Of a stretch of DNA of 64,000 nt, positions 32,057 to 41,929 are shown piece by piece. A program made the translations under genes and the position numbers. Each line of letters starts with the position of its first letter. The stretch's first letter is position 1. Source of the DNA: Sedimentisphaerales bacterium (GTDB taxonomy: Bacteria; Planctomycetota; Phycisphaerae; Sedimentisphaerales; Anaerobacaceae); NCBI GenBank assembly GCA_963708075.1, contig OY970194.1:1440001-1504000 (forward strand), written 5' to 3'. The notes under the pieces are model-generated. The model saw only the letters and a list, made by a program, of their open reading frames with translations, was not told where the DNA came from and ran no database searches.

Positions 32057-32993
32057 TCACTGGTTTCTCCCAATCTTCTCATCCTGTGGCGGGAATTCTT
32101 CCACCCCAACCTCTGCCCCGCGGATCACTTTGACAATCCAAGGCGGTTTCGGCGGGGCCGGCGCAACCATATTCGCATCGTCCGGCTCCACGTAGGCGAG
32201 AACCGTCTCGGCCGGCTCGCTGGGGACAGGCTCGTCCGGCACCAGGCCAAGGGCCCTGCGCAGACGCTCGTCCGTGACGAGCGGCCCCTGCGGATCGGAC
32301 TGCTCCTGTTCTTCACGCGGACTACGGATCGTCAGGGTGATCGTGCCGCGTTCGCCGACCATCTGCAGGATTCCCGCCTGCTCATACGTGGCCAGCAGGT
32401 TGACCTTGACCATCCCGGTCGTGCCGGCGCCGGAAGGCGGGACTTTGATTTTCGCCCACTCCTGCACGTTCGACGCCGGATCTTCGGGCTCATCTCCCAG
32501 GCTCCAAACCTGTATCGCCGTGAACAGGGTCCCCGAGACGGACTTGGTCTCCGAGGAGCCACCGTCGCGCAGCGTAGCGAACACCTGGACGTGGCAACCT
32601 CCATGGAGCAAGCCGCCACTGACAGAGCGCGACGGCACGGTTACCGTGGCTACAGTCATGCCGGGCGGAAGCATGTACATCTTTTCCGTCAGGCTCCCGC
32701 GCCGCCAGGGAGGATTCGGTGAGGACCTGGCCCTTCATGAGGGGAACGAGCAAGTACCGCCCTATGGCCTGAGTCGGGTCAATCAGGCATCCGCGGGGCA
32801 AAGCGGGCATCGGGACCGGCTCTCGCCTGACGCTCTCGGCCGTCAGGCAGGTCGCAGCCGGCAGATCGCTCTGCACTACGAGAACCTGCGCCATTGCGGC
32901 CCCGGGCCGAATCTTCAAGCCCTTTACGACCAGGGCCGCCGAGCCTGCCGCCAATACACCCAAGACCGTCAGTATGACAACTGCCAATTTCAT
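32057..32993 (-). CDS. cpaB: CpaB/RcpC SAF-domain protein (indel ~32698)
   Basis: N-terminal TM and SAF-like region (VLVVQSDLPAA..AIGR..KGQVL) join LPPGM..GGLL..GTITLTIRS. Confidence 0.75.
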
Positions 32994-33039
32994 ACGTACT
33001 CGCTTGCTAAAACTGAGTTTGCTGAGACTGCCTCCATCG

Positions 33040-33468
33040 CTATGTCGTGCCGCCTTCCCGCGCCATCGTAACGGTGGCTCTGAGCGTATCCGGCGCGGGA
33101 AACAGCAGTGGCGCGTTGACGATGAGCAGATTGGCTGTAGGCACAGAGATGGTCACCGTCACACCCATCCGGCCTTCCGGGTCCCCCGGAATCGCCACTC
33201 TCGTGACGTTCACGGTTGGACCGTCGTCATCCAAATGCACTGCCGCCAGCATCGAGTTGATGGTCAGGCGTGCATCGGCCTCCGCCGTGCCGTAGGGCAG
33301 CGTGGCGATCCTGGCGCCCTGACGCGCCGCGTTGGTGACCATCTGTGCGTGGAGGAACAGCCAGCCATATTCGATCGCCCCGAGCGTCAACATCAAGAGG
33401 ACCGGGAAAATGATCGCTGCTTCCACCACCATTGTGCCTCGATATTTCTGATCTGCTATCTTGTTCAT
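33040..33468 (-). CDS. tadE: TadE-like minor pilin
   Basis: RG/TMVVEAAIIFP prepilin site; IEYG; NAARQGAR. Confidence 0.9.
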   Translation of the reverse strand: MNKIADQKYRGTMVVEAAIIFPVLLMLTLGAIEYGWLFLHAQMVTNAARQGARIATLPYGTAEADARLTINSMLAAVHLDDDGPTVNVTRVAIPGDPEGRMGVTVTISVPTANLLIVNAPLLFPAPDTLRATVTMAREGGTT

Positions 33469-34040
33469 AAGTGCACCATGAAGGCGGCCAGACAGACGCC
33501 GAGAAAGATGGCGATCCCATAAGGAATCGTGACCTCCTCGCTCTGTCCACCTGCCTGCTCCTGTCGGTCTGCCGTCAGCAGACTCCACGTCTTGCGTCCA
33601 CCTGCCAGGACTGCGGCAGATACATACAATGAGGTTGTTACATTACGTAGTATGACTCTCCGCTCGTCGTGGCAAAGCATCCTCAGCACGGCCACGACCC
33701 CCCCGACGATGCACACGCAGCAGAGGGCTATGATGCCTTCTCTCAGGCCGAGCCAGGCGCCGATGGCTCCCATCATCTTCGCATCCCCGGCGCCGCCCCG
33801 ACCCAGCACAAAGAGAAGGAAGTAGGGGAGCATCAGCAGCGCCCATGCGGCTATAGCCTGGCCGAGTCCGGCAAACCCGCCGGAGAATGCCGCGTAGATC
33901 ATGCCTCCCGCGGCGACGGGCAACGTGAGCCAGTTCGGGATGCGCCCGCTCCGCATGTCCATCGCGGCAGCGACGAGTGAGGCGCCAAGGACGGCGCCCC
34001 ACTCGTACGTATGCGTGCCGAAATCCATCAACATGTTCAT
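33465..34040 (-). CDS. cpaA: A24 prepilin peptidase CpaA/TadV
   Basis: DMRSGRIPNWL, GGAGDAK, IPYGIAI. Confidence 0.9.
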   Translation of the reverse strand: MNMLMDFGTHTYEWGAVLGASLVAAAMDMRSGRIPNWLTLPVAAGGMIYAAFSGGFAGLGQAIAAWALLMLPYFLLFVLGRGGAGDAKMMGAIGAWLGLREGIIALCCVCIVGGVVAVLRMLCHDERRVILRNVTTSLYVSAAVLAGGRKTWSLLTADRQEQAGGQSEEVTIPYGIAIFLGVCLAAFMVHL

Positions 34041-34068
34041 GCGATTCCCGGGAAAACAAGGTGATACG

Positions 34069-34239
34069 CTACGGAATCGACTGCATGCCCGTCTCCAGGC
34101 CCGTAAAGGCCCGTGTCACATGGCCGCCGATCAGGAGGACCAGACCAATCGCTGCGACCGCAATCAGGCCGACCATGATCGCCCACTCCACCGTCTCCGT
34201 TCCGCGTTCGTCTCTGAAGAATCTGAGTACCCTTTTCAT
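34069..34239 (-). CDS. flp: Flp major pilin (56 aa, not in the ORF track)
   Basis: My translation MKRVLRFFRDERG/TETVEWAIMVGLIAVAAIGLVLLIGGHVTRAFTGLETGMQSIP; strong SD AAGGAG upstream. Confidence 0.92.
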   Translation of the reverse strand: MKRVLRFFRDERGTETVEWAIMVGLIAVAAIGLVLLIGGHVTRAFTGLETGMQSIP

Positions 34240-34499
34240 TGTTCTCTCCTTTTCCTTGACAAAGATTGATCAATAGACCTCGAAGAGCTTTTCGCCCCCC
34301 ACGATAAACGATTTGCGCAAAGAGTTCGCGAACATGTCATAGAGATTTGGAACCCCGCCCCAATTGCCAGATCACAATATGGTTCTCCTTAACCAACGCG
34401 TGATCTACGATTTCTCTCACACCCTCCGTGCTCGACCCCCATGATGTGGTGCTCACTCATTCATTGTCTGAGCCGGAGAAACCTACTGTTCGAATACAG

Positions 34500-34528
34500 G
34501 TGTTACCAGCACCAGAAACTCCTGTCAA
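34500..34528 (-). promoter_or_regulatory. Possible promoter for the flp/tad operon
   Basis: TTGACA-N17-TAACAC with TG extended -10; A/T tract upstream. Confidence 0.4.
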
Positions 34529-34613
34529 GCAGCTTTTTTTGTTTTTTCGAAAAAATTTTGCACGGGCCGCATGGGTGCGGGAAATGCTGCCGCAGACTAA
34601 GTAAAACCCTTAC

Positions 34614-34642
34614 TTGACATAGTATGGTGACATTCATAGTGT
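34614..34642 (+). promoter_or_regulatory. Possible promoter for tadG
   Basis: TTGACA-N17-TAGTGT. Confidence 0.45.
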
Positions 34643-34755
34643 CGGAAGGCAGACGGTCGTGCGAGTATTCGCTGCGGCTTCGAGGCACGCGCCACAGCAG
34701 CACAATCGGGGGACAGATCGGGGACATATCGAGTCGGAACACAAGGAGGTGAGCC

Positions 34756-36201
34756 ATGGAGCGATGCCATAGAAGCCTTATGCAGCGAGTCATGAAGCCA
34801 ACGGGTCGGGATTCCGGTGCGCAATATTCCAGGGATGCGGTACGGTCACGCGCGAGGCGCCGGGGAGTTGCCCTGGTCTGGACCGCCATCTTCCTGCTGG
34901 CTCTCGTCGGGATCGTGGGCCTGAGCCTCGATTGGGGCAAGGCGATGTTCAACCTCCATCAACTGCAGAACGCGGCGGATGCCGCCGCCCTGGCGGGCGC
35001 GCAATTCGTCAAGTTCGATCTGGACGGGGCGCGCTGGCACGCGAGAGCCATCAGCGCTGAGAATTATGCCGACAACGTCTCCGTATTCCTGCGGGACAAT
35101 CCCGGCAACGACCCGAATCTCGACGTGGTCGTCGGCTACTGGATAAGACAGACGCGAACGTTCACAGCCTTCGATCCCGCCAACCCCGGACCGACGAATG
35201 CGGTGAAGGTGGTGGATCGCCGCACGGAGGAACTCCCGGACGGCCCGCTGCCTCTGGTCTTCGGGTCTGTGTTTGGCAAGGATACCGTGCGGGCGTCGCG
35301 ACGCGCCATCGCCTGGTCCGTCGGCTCGACGGGCGCGGGTCTGATCTGCCTGGTGCCCGATGAAACCGGACTGAAAATTCAGGGCGATGCGGTTATCAAT
35401 GTCCAGGGCGGCGATGTGCAGATTGATTCCAGAAGCGAGCAAGCGGGGGTCTCCGTGGGCAGCACGTTCACGCTCAAGGCCGACGAGGTCAACGTCGTCG
35501 GCTGGGTCGATCCGTGCGACCGCTGGATGGACGCGGGCATCACTGGTGAGTTCTCCGTGAATACAGCCCCCGTCGTCCAACCGATCGGCGATCCGTTGAA
35601 AGACTTGCTCGCACCGGATGTGAGTGCAATGAGGCTGGATCCGAATGAGGTATCCGTCAATGGAGAGTCCATCACATTGCGCCCGGGGTACTATCCCAAC
35701 GGGATTCGGATGACCAGCGGCAACATCCATCTCGAACCGGGGATCTATGCCGTCGGCGGGGGGACCCGCCTGAACCCTGAGCGCGGCCTGATCCTTAGCG
35801 GTGGGACAATCGAGGGCAATGGCATCATGTTTTACATCACCAAGTCGCTGTCGCCGTTGCTGATCGACGGCAGGGTCAACATCGGCGGCAACGCCTTGGT
35901 ACGTCTCACGGCCCCCACGGAAGGTATCTATGAAGGCATGAGCTTCTTCCAGGACCGTGCCAACACCCGCGACGCCTTGGTCATCGGGACCGCCGATTCA
36001 TTCCAGGTGGATGGCGTGCTGTACTTCCCCAAGTGCGGAGACAGTCCTCGCGGCGAGGGGCTGGAGATCGGGGGCACCGGCCTCGATCTCGGCGTGCAGT
36101 TGATCACGTGGAAACTCTACGTACGTGGGAATTCCGATGTAACGATCAACTACAACGGCGAGAACTTCATCCGGGGCTACCGATCCATCCTGGTTGAGTA
36201 G
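34756..36201 (+). CDS. TadG-like tip pilin with Gly-rich beta-strand C-terminal domain
   Basis: RRRG/VALVW, LSLDWG, LQNAADAAALAGA; LRPGYY/LEPGIY repeats; start codon uncertain. Confidence 0.85.
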   Translation: MERCHRSLMQRVMKPTGRDSGAQYSRDAVRSRARRRGVALVWTAIFLLALVGIVGLSLDWGKAMFNLHQLQNAADAAALAGAQFVKFDLDGARWHARAISAENYADNVSVFLRDNPGNDPNLDVVVGYWIRQTRTFTAFDPANPGPTNAVKVVDRRTEELPDGPLPLVFGSVFGKDTVRASRRAIAWSVGSTGAGLICLVPDETGLKIQGDAVINVQGGDVQIDSRSEQAGVSVGSTFTLKADEVNVVGWVDPCDRWMDAGITGEFSVNTAPVVQPIGDPLKDLLAPDVSAMRLDPNEVSVNGESITLRPGYYPNGIRMTSGNIHLEPGIYAVGGGTRLNPERGLILSGGTIEGNGIMFYITKSLSPLLIDGRVNIGGNALVRLTAPTEGIYEGMSFFQDRANTRDALVIGTADSFQVDGVLYFPKCGDSPRGEGLEIGGTGLDLGVQLITWKLYVRGNSDVTINYNGENFIRGYRSILVE

Positions 36202-36211
36202 GGCAGCAACA

Positions 36212-36943
36212 GTGCTGAATTGGTTGGGGAAGAGAATATGGCCAAGAAATATACCCTTCTCAGGTTCTCAGAGGAGGCAGGTCTTTGAGATTCTGCGCGA
36301 GGTAGGGCTGGAGCCTGCCGAATTCTCATGGTCTGAGAGGGAGGAGGCGGGGGGCAGTATCGTCGTCTCGCGGCTGGATTATCGCGGCGGGCCATATTCC
36401 TTTCAGTTCTCGTGGTATGAGCTAAGCTCGTGGTGCATTCTCTGTCCCGGCCGCTACAGGTCGATGGAATACGAGCACCCGATGAACTGGAAGGAGCAGG
36501 AGGCATCATTGCGGGCCTGGGCCCAATGCCTCAAGCGGGAACTCGAATCGCCTGACCCGTGGATGGAAATGGCCAAGTACAAGATCGCCCTCAATGGCGA
36601 GCCGTCCGAAGCAGTGTTGAATGAGCCGATCTCGGCATATGAGGCGGACCATATCGGGGAGCGGCTGCTTCAGTTGGCGGAACAAATCGAGCAGGATTTG
36701 CGGCTCGGCGACAAGGAGGCGACGCTGGTCCGCGGCAGGCTCGGCTACCTGGCGGAAGCCGCCAGGAGGCAAAAGAGCAGGGACTGGCTCTACACGGCAC
36801 TCGGTGTGTGCATCACCATCGCCATGGGGTTGGGGCTGGACAATGACGCCATGCGAGTGTTGTGGCAGCAAATTGGCAGCCAACTCGGCAGCGTCATCCG
36901 CATTCCGCCCGCCGGCAGGAACACACTCTTGAAATCGAAATAG
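36212..36943 (+). CDS. Hypothetical protein
   Basis: Long ORF directly after tadG with gene-like codon use; no motif recognised; start uncertain. Confidence 0.6.
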   Translation: MLNWLGKRIWPRNIPFSGSQRRQVFEILREVGLEPAEFSWSEREEAGGSIVVSRLDYRGGPYSFQFSWYELSSWCILCPGRYRSMEYEHPMNWKEQEASLRAWAQCLKRELESPDPWMEMAKYKIALNGEPSEAVLNEPISAYEADHIGERLLQLAEQIEQDLRLGDKEATLVRGRLGYLAEAARRQKSRDWLYTALGVCITIAMGLGLDNDAMRVLWQQIGSQLGSVIRIPPAGRNTLLKSK

Positions 36944-37047
36944 CCCTGATCATGCCGCAGAACACCATCGGCAGGCTCCGCTGCCACCCATCCCCAATCC
37001 CCTGAAATCTTCACAGGCAGCCCTTTGAGTATCCCTGCAAATACGTC

Positions 37048-37076
37048 TTGATATGCCGGGCGGTCTTCTATACAAT
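37048..37076 (+). promoter_or_regulatory. Near-consensus sigma70 promoter
   Basis: TTGATA-N17-TACAAT. Confidence 0.65.
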
Positions 37077-37083
37077 TCTGTCA

Positions 37084-37187
37084 TCAGTTCCGGGGATGAG
37101 GAGGAGGCGCATCGGGTGTCTGGTACCCGGTATTGGCCGGCCGTCTGGCATCCGCAGCGACTCCTGCACTAGTGAGGCCCGGAATGA
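37084..37187 (+). ncRNA. Candidate structured leader or small RNA (long imperfect hairpin)
   Basis: Nested pairings TTCCGGG/CCCGGAA, AGGAG/CTCCT, CGGGTGTC/GGCATCCG (G-U pairs), starting at the predicted TSS. Confidence 0.4.
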
Positions 37188-37214
37188 AATACCGCAATGT
37201 GATTGAGCAGTCAT

Positions 37215-38583
37215 ATGTCAGAATACAGACCGGTTGTGATGGTCGTGGATGATGAGCGGGACCATGCCGATGGCATCGTGGAGGCCCTCGGCAGGCTGGC
37301 GGTCAAGGCGCTGGCCGTCTACACGGGGGAAGACGCCGTCGAGGTACTCCAGAATCAGCAGGTGGACGTCGTCGTAACCGATTTGAAGCTGGAAGGGCGG
37401 GTGGACGGGCTGGACGTGCTGCGGCAGGCCCGCCAGAACGCCAATTCCACCGAGGTGATCCTGATCACCGCCTACGCAACGATTGAGAACTGTAAGGAGG
37501 CGATCCGGCAGGGGGCCTATGACTACCTTGTCAAGCCCCTCGATATCGATCAGCTCAGGACCCTGGTGGAGCAGGCGAGCCGAAAGGCGGTCGCCGCCCA
37601 TGTCCAGCGGACGGGAGGGCACGAAGAGCACCACCCCTTCGTATTCGACGGCATCAAGGGCGCCAGCACCGCCATGCAGGGCATCTTCGAGATCGTCCGC
37701 AGGGTGGCCCCCACGAATATCTCCGTTTTGATCGAGGGGCCTTCCGGGACGGGCAAGGAACTGCTGGCCCGCGCGATTCACGGCAATTCCCTTCGCCGCA
37801 ACAAGCCTTTCAAGCCGGTCAATTGTGCCGGCTTGACGGAGACGCTCCTGGAGAGCGAGCTGTTCGGGCACGTGAAGGGGGCCTTCACAGGGGCCAACAC
37901 CGACCGCAAGGGCCTGTTCGAGATCGCGGACGAAGGAACGCTCTTTCTCGATGAGATCGGGGATATGCCGCTGACCATGCAGGCGAAGCTGCTCCGTGTG
38001 ATTGAGGACGGCGTCGTCGTGCCGGTCGGCTCGAACAAGCCGACGGTCGTCGATGTCCGGATCATCAGCGCGACCAACCAAAACCTCCGAAAGCTGATCG
38101 AGCAGAACAAATTCCGCGAGGACCTTTACTTCCGCATCCGCGGCGTCGATGTCTCCCTGCCGCCTCTGCGGGAAAGGCCCGAGGACATCCCGCTCCTGGC
38201 CCGGCATTTCCTCGAAGAAGCTGTGGACGAGAACCGGCTCAAAAGTGGCGGGAATCACGGAGCCCGCGATGCGAATCCTCGCCGGCTACGAGTGGCCCGG
38301 GAATATCCGGCAACTCAAGAACACGATCCGCACGATGGTCGTCATGTGCGACCACGACAAGATCGACATCCCGGACCTGCCGCCGGAGATTGCCCCACGG
38401 CGGCAACTGACCGGTGCAAGCAGTCCGCCGGCCAGCCTCGCGGGCGTCTCGCTCAATGACCTCGAACGCAAGGCCATCATGGATACCCTCGCCCGGACCG
38501 AAGGCAATCGGGAAAAGGCCGCCAAAATCCTCGGGATCGGCGAACGGACCCTCTACCGCAAAATCCGGGAGTACAATCTGTAA
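37215..38583 (+). CDS. NtrC-family sigma-54-dependent response regulator (indel ~38243)
   Basis: Receiver VVDD..VTD..KP; GPSGTGKE, ESELFGH, GAFTGA, FLDEIG; WPGNIRQL and Fis-type HTH in the shifted frame. Confidence 0.95.
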
Positions 38584-38635
38584 CAGCAGTGGCCCATCTC
38601 AAAGGTTAGAGGCTTTAACAGAATGAGCCTTGTTA

Positions 38636-38701
38636 TGTCACCCCCGCGCAGGCGGGGGATCGTTCGAAAGGGACTGGATTCCCGCCTTCGCGGGAATGAC
38701 A
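38636..38701. repeat. REP-like palindromic element (GTCATTCCCGCGAAGGCGGGAATC type)
   Basis: TGTCACCCCCGCGCAGGCGGGGGATC...GATTCCCGCCTTCGCGGGAATGACA inverted pair between convergent genes. Confidence 0.85.
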
Positions 38702-38746
38702 TGTGGGCAGCCTTGTCATATCTTCATTGTGCCATTGATTCTTATG

Positions 38747-39394
38747 CTATTCGGCGTCGGGGCGCGTCTTCTGACGCCACGCGGGCATCTGCTCGGGCGT
38801 GATCTTGGCCCACAGACCAGCCTTGGCCGCCCGGGCGCTGGCCTCCAGTTGCTTGTATTTGTGATAATAGCTGTGCCGGAATCGCAGGTCCGCGTACACG
38901 TAACCGCCGAGCAGGAGTTCTTCGTTCAGGAATCGCCCGTCCGGCAATTCCACATAGGCGAGGAGCCGGTCGTATTTGTCCCGGGTGCCGGCCCGCTCAT
39001 CGAGATAGATCGTCACGACCTTGTGAAGAGCCAGGTCGGTGGCAAACCGTGTGGCTTCCTCCGCGAAATACATCGGCCTCTTCCTTGCGTCGCCCATCTC
39101 CGGCGCGTCGATTCCCAGAAGCCTGACCTTCGTGATCCGGCCTCCGCCATCGGGGATGTCGAGGTGCAGCGTATCGCCGTCCACCACGCGAACGACGGCG
39201 AATGCATTGCGGTCGTACCGGGCGGAATCGGCAGCGATCGTCTCCTGGCGGGAGGAGGGGGACCGCGACCATTCCGATCCGATATAGCCCCGGTCGAGGC
39301 CAATGAGAAGAGCCGCCACGGTCATAAGGAAGCCGATCACGGCGGCTCGTTTTCGCCTGCTCAGTGCGTACGTCCTTTTTCGCCGGCGAGCCAC
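38747..39394 (-). CDS. Thermonuclease (SNase-like), membrane-anchored
   Basis: VVDGDT, VRLLGIDAPE, RDKYDRLLAYV, GLW. Confidence 0.92.
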   Translation of the reverse strand: MARRRKRTYALSRRKRAAVIGFLMTVAALLIGLDRGYIGSEWSRSPSSRQETIAADSARYDRNAFAVVRVVDGDTLHLDIPDGGGRITKVRLLGIDAPEMGDARKRPMYFAEEATRFATDLALHKVVTIYLDERAGTRDKYDRLLAYVELPDGRFLNEELLLGGYVYADLRFRHSYYHKYKQLEASARAAKAGLWAKITPEQMPAWRQKTRPDAE

Positions 39395-39409
39395 GGGTCA
39401 GAAACTCCG

Positions 39410-40648
39410 TCAGACGGCCGCGCGCTGCCGGGCCGGCCTGTCCAACTGGAACGCCAGGCAGACGGCCTCGAGCGCCTTCTCGACCTGGCTGATATCCACG
39501 GCGCAACTGATGCGAATCTCGCTCGTGGTGATCGAATCGATGTTGACTTCCGCCTTGGCCAGCGCCCCGAACAGCTTCTCGGCCACGCCGTACTGCGACC
39601 GCATCCCCACCCCGATCACCGACACCAGGGCGATGTTATCGCGGACGAAGAGGCCCTCGCATCGCAGCTCCGCCCTCAGCTCTTCGGCCACCTGCTTGGC
39701 GGTCGCAAGATCGGTCTTGTTCACCATGAAGGACAAGTTGGCCTTCTCAGAGCTGATCTCCGTTTGCATGATATCGTGAACGACGACCTTGGCCGCCGCC
39801 AATCGAGCGAACACCGTCGCGGCGGTGCCCGGGACATTCGGGATGCCGGCCAAGCCGATTTTTGCCATATCTTTCTGTATCGTTGCACCGGACACTAATA
39901 CGCCTTCCATCTGCGGCACCTCACGAGTTATGATGGTTCCCGGATTGTCACCTGTAATGTTTCTCACGCGAATCTTGACGTCGTATCGTTTGCCGAAGGC
40001 CACGGCCCGCGTGTGCATCACGCCGGACCCGAGGCTGGCCATCTCCAGCATCTCATCGTAGCTGATCTGATCCAGCACGACGGCCTTCTTGTAGAGTCCC
40101 GGGTCCGCCGTGTAGATGCCATCCACGTCTGTGAAGATCTCGCACTCCTCGGCTTTCAGGGCCGCCGCCAGCGCCACCGCACTGGTATCGGCGCCGCCCC
40201 GGCCAAGGGTCGTAACGTTTCCATACTGATCGATGCCCTGGAAGCCGGTGACGATCACGACTCGGCCCTTATCCAGCTCGTAGCGGATGAATTCCGAGTC
40301 GATGCTCATGATCTGCGCCTTGCTGTAGACGCCGTCCGTCATCATGCGGATCTGGCCGCCGGTGAAGCTGATCGCCTTGTATCCCATCGCTTCGAGCGCC
40401 ATGGCGAACAGCGAGACGGTTTGCTGCTCGCCCGTGCTCAACAGTTGGTCCAGCTCCCGCTTGGGGGGATTCGGGTTCAGCTCCAGCGCGTCGCGCATGA
40501 GCTCTTCCGTCTGGTGGCCGCGGGCGGAGGCCACGACGACCACCTGGCAGCCGGCCTGCATCCGCTCGATCACCCGCTTGGCCGCACGCCGGATCTTCTC
40601 GGCATTCGCCACCGACGTGCCGCCGAATTTCTGAACAATGATTGCCAT
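39410..40648 (-). CDS. lysC: Aspartate kinase
   Basis: VQKFGGTSV, TTLGRGGADT, TDVDGIYTADP, two ACT domains, TSEIRIS. Confidence 0.96.
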   Translation of the reverse strand: MAIIVQKFGGTSVANAEKIRRAAKRVIERMQAGCQVVVVASARGHQTEELMRDALELNPNPPKRELDQLLSTGEQQTVSLFAMALEAMGYKAISFTGGQIRMMTDGVYSKAQIMSIDSEFIRYELDKGRVVIVTGFQGIDQYGNVTTLGRGGADTSAVALAAALKAEECEIFTDVDGIYTADPGLYKKAVVLDQISYDEMLEMASLGSGVMHTRAVAFGKRYDVKIRVRNITGDNPGTIITREVPQMEGVLVSGATIQKDMAKIGLAGIPNVPGTAATVFARLAAAKVVVHDIMQTEISSEKANLSFMVNKTDLATAKQVAEELRAELRCEGLFVRDNIALVSVIGVGMRSQYGVAEKLFGALAKAEVNIDSITTSEIRISCAVDISQVEKALEAVCLAFQLDRPARQRAAV

Positions 40649-40735
40649 AGGTCAACCCACCACATTCTCTCTCGTTTATGAATGAACTCTTGCAGGTACC
40701 CCTGATCTGTATTCTGCGAAAACTCAGTTATGATT

Positions 40736-41924
40736 TCAACTCTTGAGGAAATATTCCATCAAGTCGCATCCATTCTCAATCCGGAATCCGGATTTGGCGG
40801 CGTTCGACTCGCCGAAACCCAAATGCAGATGACTGGTTACGCCAGGACCGGCTATCGCGAACGGCACCGGAGTGGCCGAGTGCGCGCCGCCTTGTACCGG
40901 CGTCGGATGGTCCGGCAGCACCAGGATACGCCAACTCTCGTATCGCTCGAGAGCCTGCAGCACCGGGCCAACAATGTGCTTGTCCACCTCCTCGATCGCT
41001 TTGGTCTTCATCGCGAGGTTGCCTTCGTGGGCGGCCTCGTCCGGCGCCTCGATGTGGATGAATACCAGATCGTACTCCTCCAGGGCCTTGATTGCCGCCT
41101 GCCCTTTGCCCGCGTAATTGGTATCGACGAATCCTGTCGCCCCGGGCACCTCGATCAGGTCGAACCCGACGAGTTTGGCCAACCCCCGGACCAGGTCTAC
41201 GGCGGTAATCACCGCGCCCTTGAGAACCGAAACGCTTGCGAAAGCTGTCCAGGCGGGTCTGCTTGCCCTGACCCCATAGCCAGATCGAGCTGACCTGATT
41301 CTCCCCGAGGTCTTGCCTGACTCTATTGATCTCGTGGCCGGCGAACAGCTCCTGCGACTGATTGATCAACTGGATCAGCACATCGGCTCCCTTGCCCCGC
41401 GGGAGAATCTTCTCCACCGGCGTGCCGATGCAGTCGTGGGGCGGGTACGTGCGAACGTCGAACTCGATATCCCGGAACACCAGCAGATGCCTGTAGCTGA
41501 CGCCCGTGTGCAGGGAGATGCGATCGTCATGAATCTGCTTACTTAGATCGGCGACCAGGCCTTTGGCCTCTTCCGTCGAGATATGCCCGGCGCTGTGGTC
41601 GGCCATCTTGCCGTCGGCGATCGTCACCATGTTGCATCGGAACACCCAGTCGTGCAGGCCGAGCGGAATTCCCTGGGCCGCCGCTTCGATCGGGGCCCGG
41701 CCGCTATAGTATCGCTGCGGATCGTACCCCAGCAGGCTCATCTGGGCGACGTCGCTGCCCGGCTCCATCCCCTGCGGCACCGTGCGCACCACGCCCTGAC
41801 GGCCCTCGCTGCTGATGCGATCCATATTGGGAGTCTCGGCCGCCTCTAGCGGCGTCCTGCCTCCGAGCAGCTCCTGCGGATCATCCGCCGCGCCGTCGGG
41901 CACTATGATCACGTACTTCGTCAT
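40736..41924 (-). CDS. apgM: Cofactor-independent phosphoglycerate mutase family (proposed homoserine kinase subfamily; indel ~41222)
   Basis: PDGAAD, TPLEAAETP, PGSDVA, GRAPIEA, HIEAPDEAAH, PDHPTP; lies between hom and lysC. Confidence 0.88.
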
Positions 41925-41929
41925 CGGTA

